From positions 620,001 to 664,116 of the forward strand of contig CAUYUJ010000214.1 of assembly GCA_963575745.1 (NCBI GenBank): 44,116 bases of DNA. The letters run 5' to 3'. Each line of letters begins with the position of its first letter. Position 1 is the first letter of the stretch. A program made the position numbers and the translations under genes. Of this stretch, positions 34,409-44,116 are shown piece by piece. Below the pieces are notes generated by a model, which was not told where the DNA came from, made no database searches, and was given only the letters and a program-made list of their open reading frames with translations. Source of the DNA: Prorocentrum cordatum (taxonomy: Eukaryota).

Positions 34409-35100
34409 CCCACACGTGGCCAACATTTTTTCTTGTAAAATCAATGGGTTATCATTGTCGCCGAGGCCTCTTGGAGCGTCTTGGGTGCCTATGGGGGGGC
34501 CTCTTGGGGGTCTCTTGGGACCCTCTTGGAGGCCCCTTGGGCGCCTGTTGGGGCCTCATGGTGCCTCGCGGGCGCCCCTTCGTGCCCACTTGAAGCGCTC
34601 TTGGGCGCCGTGGGCGCGCTCTTGGAGCCCTCTTGGGCCACATTGGAGCCATCTTGAGGCCTCGGATGGCCATCGGAAGCGAACATGCGAGAAAGCCAAA
34701 CACATTGATTCCCCCAAGGTTTTGGAATGATTTTGGCATCTTCGGGGCCTCCTGGGGGAGCTCTTTGGTCACTTCGAGCCGTCTTGGAGCGGTCCTGATG
34801 CCTCTTGGAGCATCGTAGGAGCCATCTTGAGGCACCTTGGGATTTCTTGAGCCATCTTGGACGTCATATTGGGCTCTCTCATGCGCTCTTGGAGTCATCC
34901 TAAGCAGTGCCCCTCCCCAGGGTGCCCATATGCGGCCAACATTTTTCTCTGGTAAAATCAATGAGGTTGTCATTGTCGCCGAGGCCTCTTGGAGCGTATT
35001 GGGTGCCTATGGGGGGGCCTCTTGGGTGTCTCTTGGGAGTTGGGGCCTGGCCGCCTCGTGGGGCATCCTTGGGAGCATGGGGAGCGCTTTTGGGGCCATC
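34409..35100. repeat. Duplicated ~110-bp block plus CTTGG(G)-periodic satellite
   Basis: GGCCAACATTTTT.CT.GTAAAATCAATG.G.TT.TCATTGTCGCCGAGGCCTCTTGGAGCGT.TTGGGTGCCTATGG at ~34418 and ~34934; same family as 17425-18220. Confidence 0.8.
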
Positions 35101-35417
35101 TCGGAGGAGATCGACGACAGAAGGGGGGTCCCTCAATTTGCGTAGCCCCACCAAGAGGCCAACACGGGGCCGAAACCCTAGTACAACCATTGTTTTTGGC
35201 TTCCTCGCCGAGGCCATTTTGGACGCTCCGACGACTCGCGGAACGCCCCGTCCAGGTCCAGGGCAGGGGGCAGGGGGAGGGGTCAAGACTCCCTCCCCGC
35301 CCACAAGCCGTCTCGTTCAGTCCCACGCGCCCTCCCAACACGTACGTAGCACCCGAGCTTGGCCCGAACCGCAGCATATTCAGCAGTCGTCTTTGCATGG
35401 GCAGCTACTGGGGGCCA

Positions 35418-35745
35418 ATCCGCCGCCGCCGCCTCCGCCGCCGCCGCCGCCGCCCGCCGCCCGCCGCCGCCGCCGCCGCGCCGCCGCCGCCGCCGCCGCA
35501 GTCCGCCGCCGCCGCCGCACGCGCCCCAGCCGCCCGCCGCCGCAGCGCCGCTGGCCGATCGCCGCAGCGCTGCCGCCGCAGCCGCACCGCCACCCGCCGC
35601 CGCCGCCGCCGAGCCGCCGCCGCCGCCGCCGACGCCCCCGCCGCCGCCGCCGCCGCCGCCGCCGATGCCCCCGCCGCCACCACCGCCGCAGCCGCCGCAG
35701 CCGCTGCCCCCGCCGCAGCCGCCGCAGCCGCCGCTGCCGCCGCCA
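35418..35745. repeat. (GCC)n tract
   Basis: Seen directly. Confidence 0.95.
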
Positions 35746-36690
35746 AGTGCATGTTGTATTGTTTTTTGCCAGGGATGGTGGGGGAAGGCCGCATCGGGTT
35801 CGCTGCGCATGCTCCGAACTTGGAGGCAGCGTGTGTTTTGCATTTGTTTACGAGGATGGTGGGGGGGCGCAATGGTCCCGGGTTGGCTCCCAGTCGCCTG
35901 GGGAGGGGTGGTATACTAATAGGAGGCAGTGATAATTTCCCCCCCCCCCCCCCCCGAAGGGAAAGAAGGGGACGGACGAGGAAACACCCTAAACCAGCTG
36001 TGCCCTAAAGGGCTGGTGGGGTTCTCTTCCTCGCTCCTCAACCCTCCTCTTTCTCCTCCTCCTCCTCCTGCTTCTGCTCCTCCTCTTCCTCCTCCTCCTC
36101 CTCCTCTTCCTCCTCCTCCTCCTCCTCCTCCTCTTCCCCTTTCCCCTTTCCCCACCCCTCCCCCTCCTCCACCTCTCCTCCTCCTCCTCCTCCCACCTCT
36201 TCCGCCTCCTCCTCTACCTCCTCCTCCTCCTCCTCCTCCTCCTCCTCCTCGTCCTCCTCCTCCTCCTCCTTCCTCCTCCTCCTCCCTCCACCTCCTCCTC
36301 CTCCTCCTCCTCCTCCCCCCCTCCTCCTCCTCCTCCTCCCTCCTCCCCTCCTCCTCCTCCTCCTCCTCCTCTCCTCCTCCTCTTCCTCCTCACCTCCTCC
36401 TCCTCCTCCTCCTCCTCCTCCTCCTCCTCCTCCTACCTCCTCCTCCTCCTCCTCCTCCTCCTCCCCCTCCTCCTCCTCCTCCTCCTCCTCCTCTTCCTCC
36501 TCCTCCTCCTCCTTCCTCCTCCTCCTCCTCCTCCTCCTCCTCCTCCTCCTCCTCCTCCTCCTCCTCCCCACCTCCTACCTCCTCCTCCTCCTCCTCCTCC
36601 TCCTCCTCCCTCCTCCTCCTCTCCTCCTCCTCCTCCTCCTCCTCCCCTCCTCCTCCTCCTCCCCCCCCCCCCCTCCTCTGCCGCCAACAG

Positions 36691-36784
36691 GAGCGGGGGG
36701 AAGCCGCAGCTCGGGAAGCTCTGCCCCGACGCGGGCGACTTCCTGGGGGCCCTGCCGGGGATCCTGCGCGGGGCGGGGCTGCAG
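36691..36784 (+). CDS. Alpha/beta-hydrolase, exon D
   Basis: cag|G acceptor completes TGG; translates SGGKPQLGKLCPDAGDFLGALPGILRGAGLQ (S-x-G-x-P...D helix following the EFRGF motif); CAG|gc donor. The nucleophile exon (G-R-S-x-G) was not found in the window. Confidence 0.8.
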
Positions 36785-36830
36785 GCCGGGAGCCGCCCAG
36801 GGAGGGGGGGCCCTCTCTCAGCACGAGCGG

Positions 36831-37016
36831 AATGGGTACGGAAAGAATGGGCATGATGCCCAACAGCAGGTCTTGTTCATTTTGAACAGGACTCGCTGTC
36901 CGTGCCGCCGCGGCCTGTGTCCATTTGAGACAGAAGGCCGCCTGCCCAACAGCGCCCGCTGTTGGTTTTGGGCAACATTTGTTGTTGGGCATTGTTCCCT
37001 TTTTTCCGTGCCCATT
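36831..37016. mobile_element. MITE family B copy 2
   Basis: Shares the TIRs and the internal TTCATTTTGAACAGGACTCGCTGTCCG with copy 1. Confidence 0.7.
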
Positions 37017-38684
37017 TCGGGCGTCCAAACTCTCGTGGAGGGCGGCGGGCTCGGGCTGCGGACGACGATCAGTGGAGACGAGGCATGTTGCCAAAGAGTT
37101 CCCAGATGTCTAGAACATGGTTTGAACATGCTTAAAGCATCTCAATGTATGTGTTTGCTTATTCCATGTTTACAGCATTTTCAATCCAATGGTCGGATGG
37201 TTAGAGTGTCCATTGCCATGCTATCCACAAGGCTCGGGTGTCGAGGGCCGAGAGCGTCTGTGCGCGTTTGGCTCTTGAGTTCAGTCGGGCATGTCCCCCC
37301 GACGGTCAAGTCGTCACGTTTAACGTGCACGGCCCCCCTTGAGGGACAAGAAGTGATTCGATTTCCATGCCCGCGATACGCCGACTCCCCTGGTCAAAAC
37401 CAGCTTGGAGAACAGTCAAAGCGTGCGTGCACGCTACACGTAGTCCATGTCTCAGAGCGCACCTGCACGCTAAACGTTTTTATGTTGGCGATATGTTTAC
37501 ATTGCCACGTGCACTCCATACGATTACTCTTCGGCTCACCTCTCCACTCCGTCCCCTACTCCCCCCATCCATCCCCGCTTTGCCTTTGGTATCGCGTCGG
37601 CTGCCCCTACGCACCTAGGAGGTAGAGGAAGAGGAAGAGGAGGAGGAGGAGGAGGAGGAGGAGGAGGGGAGGAGGAGGAGGAGGAGCAGGAGGAGGAGGG
37701 GGGGAGGAGGAGGAGGAGCAGGAGGTAGAGAAGGAGGGTGAGGGTGAGGAGGAGGGGGGAGGAAAGCAGGAGGAGGAGGAGGATCGGGAGAAGGAGAAGG
37801 AAGATGAGGCGGAGAAGGAAGAGGAGGATGAGGAGGCGACGGAGGAGGAGGAGGAGGAGGCAGAAGTGGCACGGGCCTGCGGAGGTCGACAGGCCAAGTG
37901 TGGTTCCGGGGACTGCTGAGCCAGATCGGCAGTGAAAACATAGGAGCACTCCAAACGTTGATATGCTTGAGACATCCGACGTGCACGCTAAACGCGGCAC
38001 AACCGCGTATAGAGTGCAGTGATTTTTCGGAAGTGCACTCTATACGACCCCCGAACTGCGCGCACATCAAAGTCACCACGTGCACTCGATCTGTGGCGAC
38101 TTGACCATACAGGAGGCATGCTCAAAAAGACTTCAAAGATAGTCTGGGGGACGATTGTTTCACATACTTGTTGGCAACTATTTGAATATGTATTAAACAT
38201 AGTTGCATATTTTGACAAGTGTTCACGCTTCCTCCAAAGCTCGGGCCGAACGAACGGGAGGGATAGGGAAAGGGGGTGTCACGACATCTGCTGCACGCAG
38301 CGTGTTCCGGCCCCGCCGCCGGGCCCACTCCTCGACACATGGGCGCCTCCTGGCGCCGGGAGGCGCTTGGAACATCAGCTTTCGTGAGCTGATTCTCTAC
38401 CCTGCCCTTTGCTGTCCCCCCTGTGATTTGTGGGGGGTCAAGACCCGCTTTCCTTTGTTTCACTGGACTGACATGCTTACCTGCAGCGCCGGCGTTTGCG
38501 CCCAAGCAAAAAGAGCGCCTATCCCCCAGAGCAGCTGCAGCGGGAGATTGGCAGCAATAGCAGGGCATCGGTCGATTCGATCGAGTTCTCCGAGCTGAGC
38601 CCATCCCGACACGCTGAGGGTGATCGAGGGAGGGAGCACGAGCGAGAACGAGTTTGGTGGCGGGACTAGCCATCCCGACGAGCC

Positions 38685-40700
38685 ATGGCGAGTGGAGATA
38701 CCTACAACAGCGCGGTGGATCCAAATATACCGGGTCTGAAGGGCGAGACCCTGGAATACTTCACCAGGTACAAGAGGGCAGTGCAGGCGGCTGAGCTTGG
38801 ATGCGAAACAAAGGAACAGCGCACCGCTTTAGGCCCGAAACTGCATCGGACCCCCCTCGGCGCGGACAACTCGATTAGCGTGCTGATCGAGCGGACGGAT
38901 CCGAGAGACTACGCTGTCGAGGACGGCGCGAAAGTGCTGCTCAAGTTCCTCGAGACTGAGCGCTTCGCGAAGAGCAGTTTCCGCGAGTTGCCGAAGGCTT
39001 TCGACGCGTTCTTCGACTTGACGCACTTCCAGAGGAACGGCGAGGAGCCCATGGCGGCAGTTTGCACAGCCATGGAGGTGGCGAGGCGGAACTGAGAGGA
39101 AGTGGACCCGGACATGGAGATCAGTTCGAACGAGCTCGGGTACCACGCGCTGGTTTAAGGACGAGCGCAAGCTGGTGATCGCGAGGGCGGACGAAACTTT
39201 CAATGTCATGAAGTTTTCAACGCTGAAGAACCTCTTCCGTCGCGGTTGGGGCAGGCGCCGAGGACGAGGCACGAAGACGGGCTGGAAATGGACGATGCAC
39301 ACGCACGACCCGTGGACTGGACAAGCTAATGACACAGACCCGCACAACGGGGAGTACTGGGTCCCGGACGACGACGGGTACTGGTACAAGTGGGGCGACG
39401 ATCGAGGAGTCTACACGCGCACAGACGAAAGACGAGGGAGTCGACTGGGACCACAGTCGCCTGTTCTACCTCGAGGACGAAGCTGACGCATTCCTGGCTG
39501 GAGAAGACGACGACTATCACCAGACTCTGGTCACGATGCGAGAGAGCCGCCTCAAGATGAACAAACTACGGGCGGCGAGGGGATTCTTCCAGGCAAGGAT
39601 CGACGGCGTTTTGGACGAGAGCGCGGCACGGGGCGGTCACGCAGTTGGCAAGAATCCCGGGAACGGAAATGGCAAGGGCAAGGACGGCGGCATGCCGAAG
39701 GACAAGCGATGCAGCAGGTGCGGCGGGATGGACCAGAACGCATCGGAGCGCCCGGCCAGCGGACCATCGGGGAAGCCAACCAAGGGCAAGGGCCGCGGCA
39801 AGGGGTCGTAGTCATCCCCTCTTCCACGACGGCTTGGTTTCTGGGCGATGGGCGCCCTGGCGTGTGCAGCGCCATCCTGGGTTGGCGTCCGACGCCAGAT
39901 GCGAGGCCCGAACCTTGATTACATCTACACGCAGCCCGAGAAAGATTGTATACGACAGCATGAGTGTGAATCTGGACAGCGATCCGATCGTGCGGGACAG
40001 GCCCGAGCTCGAGGTGATGATCCCAAGCGACGTCCTGCTGGCTTCCTTGGTGGACAGCGGGGCCTCGATTGCAGTTGCAGGACGCGGATGGCATGATCGC
40101 GTCGAGGCAGAGTTCGCGTACGGTCTCAAGCCCATCAGGGTGGAGGCTCGCCAGAAGTTCAAGGGACTCGGTGGAGCTCGACGCGAGTCGAAGCAGGAGT
40201 GGGTCATCCACGTTGGCATCGGCAAGAAGCATGTGCTGCAGGAGTATTTTGAAATCCCTGGCGACATGATCGGCCTGGCGAGCAGTCAGGACGTCGCCGA
40301 GTGGAAGACGAACCTCTACATGCGCGAGGACGGCCAGTGGGCGGACTTACAGGAGCTCGGGGTGCATGGCAAGGAGCTGGTGAAGCTACCTGGTGAGCAT
40401 GCCGGCCTCGACCTCTTCGATTACGACCTCGAGTTGCCCGAGTCGGAGCCCCTCTTCTAGAGGTTCCGCGTGGTCGAGATGCAGCTCGAGCCGGGCGCGT
40501 CCCTGGTCGCGGAGACGCTGCAGGAGTTCGGGCCGGGCTTCCAGGTGAAGGAGCAGGCCGAGTCGCGGGTCGCAGAGGCTCTGAAGAACGGTAGCAAGGG
40601 CATATCCAAGAAGGGCGCGCACAAACGGACCGACAAGCTGGTGAAGGAATATTCGGTAATCTTCGAAGTACTGCTCGGCATCCAGGAGACCTTCCTGTGG
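38685..40700 (+). mobile_element. Decayed LTR-retrotransposon fragment (gag, degenerate zinc knuckle, aspartic protease), Copia-like
   Basis: Gag-like ORF 38685-39095 (LGPKL...DGAKVLLKFLE...FDAFF...RNGEEPM), RLKMNKLRAARGFF, GKGK-rich linker, eroded knuckle CSRCGGMDQNASERP, protease LVDSGASIAVAG...FKGLGG. Several frameshifts and stops (~39095, ~39157, ~39811, 40460). No integrase, RT or LTR pair seen. Confidence 0.8.
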
Positions 40701-40724
40701 GAGACCTTCCTGTGGGAGCACACC

Positions 40725-41830
40725 CTTACGCGCTTCGTGGACCCATAGGGAACTCCACCACATGCCTCAGTGGCACAGTTCACATGCGCTCTCCCACTCA
40801 CGTCGGCACACCCCTCACAAGCCGCGCCCCGCCGCGCCTCGCCGCCGCGCCGCGCGCGTCGAGCATCGAGGAGGACTGAGGGTCGAGGAGGGTCGAGGGT
40901 CGAGGAGCATCGAGGGTCGAGGGGGATCGAGGGGGTCGAGGAGGATCGGGAGGGTGGATGAGGATCGAGGGCCGAGGAGGATGGAGGAGGATCGAGGAGG
41001 ATCGAGGGCCCCTGAGCCCATATATGCCACGCGTCTTCGCCCCATCGGGAGCTCCACCGAACTTCCCAATGTCGCAGTTTTTGCGCGTCCATCCCGTCCA
41101 TCTCGGCACACGATTCGTACATTTCGTGGCTCCACAGGGGACTCCACTCCAAATCCCAGGGGCGCAGCTCGCGCGCGTCTCCCCCGGCCCATTCCTGCAC
41201 AACCTTAACACGCTTCGTGGCAAACTGGGGCCTACCCTGATGATGTTCCAACCTACTTTAGCCTTGACCACCAGAAAGAATTTCGAGCGCCAAAAAAAAG
41301 CACCGAACCTCCAGGTTTTTCCAAGGGTCGGGCCCTGGGAGACACTCGCCCGACAGTCTTTCGACACTCTTTCGACACTCTTTTGACAGTTTTCCGGGTG
41401 CTCGAAATTATCTCTCGGATGTGGCTACTAAGTAGGATGGGAACAACATAAGCCTACCTCAGATCCAAGTGGCAGAGTTCGCATGCGTTTTCCCGCCCAT
41501 TTCGGCACACACCTTGGGCGTTCTGTGGCCCAGTAGGGAGCTCCACCGAATGACCCGGTGGTGCAGCTCGCATGCGCCCCCCCCCCCCCCCCCGCCCATT
41601 TTGGCACATCCCTAACACATTTCGTAGCCCCATAGGGAGCTCCACTCAAGATCCCAGTGGCACAGTTCGCATGCATCTCCCCCGCCCGTTTCAGCACGCT
41701 TCTCACATGCTTCGCGGCCAATCGGGAGCTCCACCCAAGGTCCCAGAGGCACAATTCGCATGCGCCCCCCAACCCATGCCGGCACAGCGCTCACACGCGT
41801 CTTGGCCCCATTGTCCATAGGGAGTTCCAT
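40725..41830. repeat. ~90-100-bp diverged satellite (CCCATAGGGAGCTCCAC...GTGGCACAGTTCGCATGC)
   Basis: At least 7 units; related motifs at 12468, 13120 and 13234. Confidence 0.8.
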
Positions 41831-43124
41831 CGAAGACGAGATTCAGAACTGCGTTACTGACAGCTGCATTTGGATGGGTCCCTCTACAGGATAGTTATTC
41901 TGCACGTCCATTTGTAATGCGTGATATCCCTCTTCTTGGCTGCTTTCTTTCTTCTTCGCTTCCTCCTTCTGCTCCGCCCGGAGTTCTCGGCTTCGGACGG
42001 TCTTTCAGTGAAGACCAGTTGAGCCTGCACTCACTTGACATTGGTCTGCGAGCCAGCTGCCATCATGCAAGCTGCCGTGCGCACGGGAAGATCGGCTAAG
42101 GGATGGCACACTTCGATCTCCGCACGACCCAGTGGAGCAACACCTCAGACCGATCTTCGAGGTTTGAACTTCCACGCATTTCCAGCGCACCCACTTCAGC
42201 AGTCCTGGAGAATTGTGCGCGCATCATCGCCGCTCCTCCTCCTCCTCCTCCTCCTCCTCCTCCTCCTCCGTCCTCCTCCTCCTCCGCCTCCTCCTCCTCC
42301 TCCTCCCTCCTCCTCCTCCTCCTCCTCCTCCTCCTCCTCCTCCTCCTCCTCCTCCTCCTCCTCTCCCTCATCTCCCTCCTTGCCGTCAGGCGCCGGCGGA
42401 GGTCTGGATAATCCAGACATCCAGGCGTCCCAGACGCTTCCGAGACCGCGGCCCCAGATCCTCGATCCTCCTCCCATGTCCCATTCCTCTCTACCCCTCC
42501 TCGCCCTGCTCCTCCTCCCCCGCCCGCCCCCTCTGCAGCTCGCTGGCCAACTCCATTTCCAAGTTCACCGTGCGCAGCAGGTTGCCACCTGCGGTGCATG
42601 ATGAAACTGTTCTCCACCAACACGATCATAAGTTGGAGGGGGAAAGGAGGAGGAGGAGGAGGAGCAGGAGGAGGAGGAGGAGGACTCCCTCCCCCTCCAA
42701 CTTATGGCGGTGGTGGTGGAAAACAGGCCCATCAGTCTAATGTCCACGCTGGTCTGCACTGTGCCACAGTCCTGTACGGCCTGCCTCCCTCCAGGGCGCC
42801 GCTTTGCTTTTTCGGTGCTGTCCGACGGATCCCGCCCTTCTCTCTGTGGCCAGTGTCGCTTCCGCACCCCCTCCCTCGGCCTCGACCGACGATGACGACC
42901 ACGACGACGACGGTGCTGACTTGGACGACGTCGCTGACGACGATCACCACCGCAACCGCCACGGCCACAGCCACTATGGCCACGATGGCCACGACAACGA
43001 CTGCGACCCCGGCGATGACCCCACGGCGATGTCCACTGCGACGACGGCGACGACGGCCACGATGACCGCAGTGACCACGGCGACGACCACGGCCACGATG
43101 ACCACAACGACCACGGCGACGACC

Positions 43125-43161
<37 letters not shown>

Positions 43162-43344
43162 CGACGGCGAGCCGAACCAGGCGCCGACCATCCGCGTCGC
43201 CCTGCACGGCCGCAGCCTCGGCAGCGCCTGCGCCACGCACGTGGCAGCGCAGGCGTCGGCGCGGCGGGCAGGACCGCGGCCCCGCCGCCGCAGAGTGTCG
43301 GCCCCTGCGGGGCGGCCTCGGGGGCGCCCTCGCGGCGCGCCCTC

Positions 43345-43582
43345 GTGGATCCCCCCCCCCGAAGTCCAACGCATTCAAAAACTCAGGACGGCGGTTTTTC
43401 GCAAACTTCGGCCCCTGGGGGCCCTCGCCGGGCCTCGGGGCCGTCAAGAAACGACTCAGGATGACGTGGATCCCCCCCAGAAGCCCAACGCATTCAAAAA
43501 CTCAGGACGGAGGTTTTTCGCTAACTTCGGCCCCTGGGGCCCTCCCAGGGCCTCGGGGCCGTCAAGAAACGACTCGGGATGA
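43345..43582. repeat. ~120-bp tandem duplication with a dispersed inverted relative at 14660-14755
   Basis: CGTGGATCCCCCC...CAACGCATTCAAAAACTCAGGACGG.GGTTTTTCGC.AACTTCGGCCCCTGGGG...GGGCCTCGGGGCCGTCAAGAAACGACTC.GGATGA occurs twice. Confidence 0.85.
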
Positions 43583-44116
43583 AAAGCCGGTCCTGGGGAA
43601 TGGGTCGAGACTTCCGGGGACCCCGCATTGAAAAAATCACGACGTCGGATCTTGGGGCCTTTGGGCGCCCTCGTGGACCAAGGATCCAGGCTCGAGGATC
43701 GAGGCTCCGCGCGGGAGGGCCCAGGTCCTGAGCGCTTTGCGCCCTCTCCCTGTGCCTCAGGGCGGAGCTCCTGGCCACAGCGCGAGCTGAGAGGTGTGGG
43801 GGTGTGTGTTACTGCGGGTCACCACCACCCACCCCACCCCAACCCAACCCGAAGGCCCCGATTTGCCCTCCATTTCTGGTGGGGGCGGGCCGGGAACCAT
43901 TGATGAAAAAGAACAGCTGGAACCCGTCCCCCCCCCAACCCGAAATTCGGGTCTTCGGGTTGGACTGGGGTGGTCTGGTAGGTAGTCAGTGGGGGGGCGA
44001 TTTGGGAAGGCCCTCAGCGACCGCCGGCGCCCTCTGGCGTTCTTCGGCTCGGTGCCCTCAAGGAGGCCCCCCCCCGGGCGGACCCGGAGGAGGAGGAGGG
44101 GGAGGAGGAGGAGGAG

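Noticed and set aside
38650..38670. TGGTGGCGGG as the retrotransposon primer-binding site
   Set aside because: No adjacent LTR-terminal CA and no second LTR in the window to confirm it.
41985..42100. FGRSFS or TGRSAKG as the hydrolase nucleophile exon
   Set aside because: Neither matches G-x-S-x-G, and no compatible splice sites were found.

Overview
GC-rich, repeat-dense eukaryotic DNA, inferred to be a dinoflagellate nuclear locus (Prorocentrum-like). The inference rests on two relic DinoSL spliced-leader sequences, GA/GC splice donors with AG|G acceptors, micro-exons in multi-kb introns, and abundant (GGA/CCT)n tracts. Nearly all long ORFs in the track are low-complexity artefacts. The real coding content is on the + strand. 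(1) A tentative multi-exon gene ends at 16566 and is possibly SAM-methyltransferase-like. (2) A Fringe/GT31-type glycosyltransferase (16677-19973) is preceded by an SL relic and split by a ~2.4-kb repeat-filled insertion that looks like a newly gained intron. (3) Four consecutive exons encode an alpha/beta-hydrolase (ABHD13/ABHD17/BEM46-like, 28587-36784, incomplete at both ends). (4) A decayed LTR-retrotransposon gag-protease lies at 38685-40700. The intronic and intergenic space holds several MITE/foldback families (one with 8-bp TSDs), a probable TPRT insertion with a 15-bp TSD, palindromes and satellites. All protein family calls come from motif recognition by eye, not from database searches. 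I found no evidence for a wholly new multi-gene system; the most interesting signal is the apparent retrogene plus intron-gain event.
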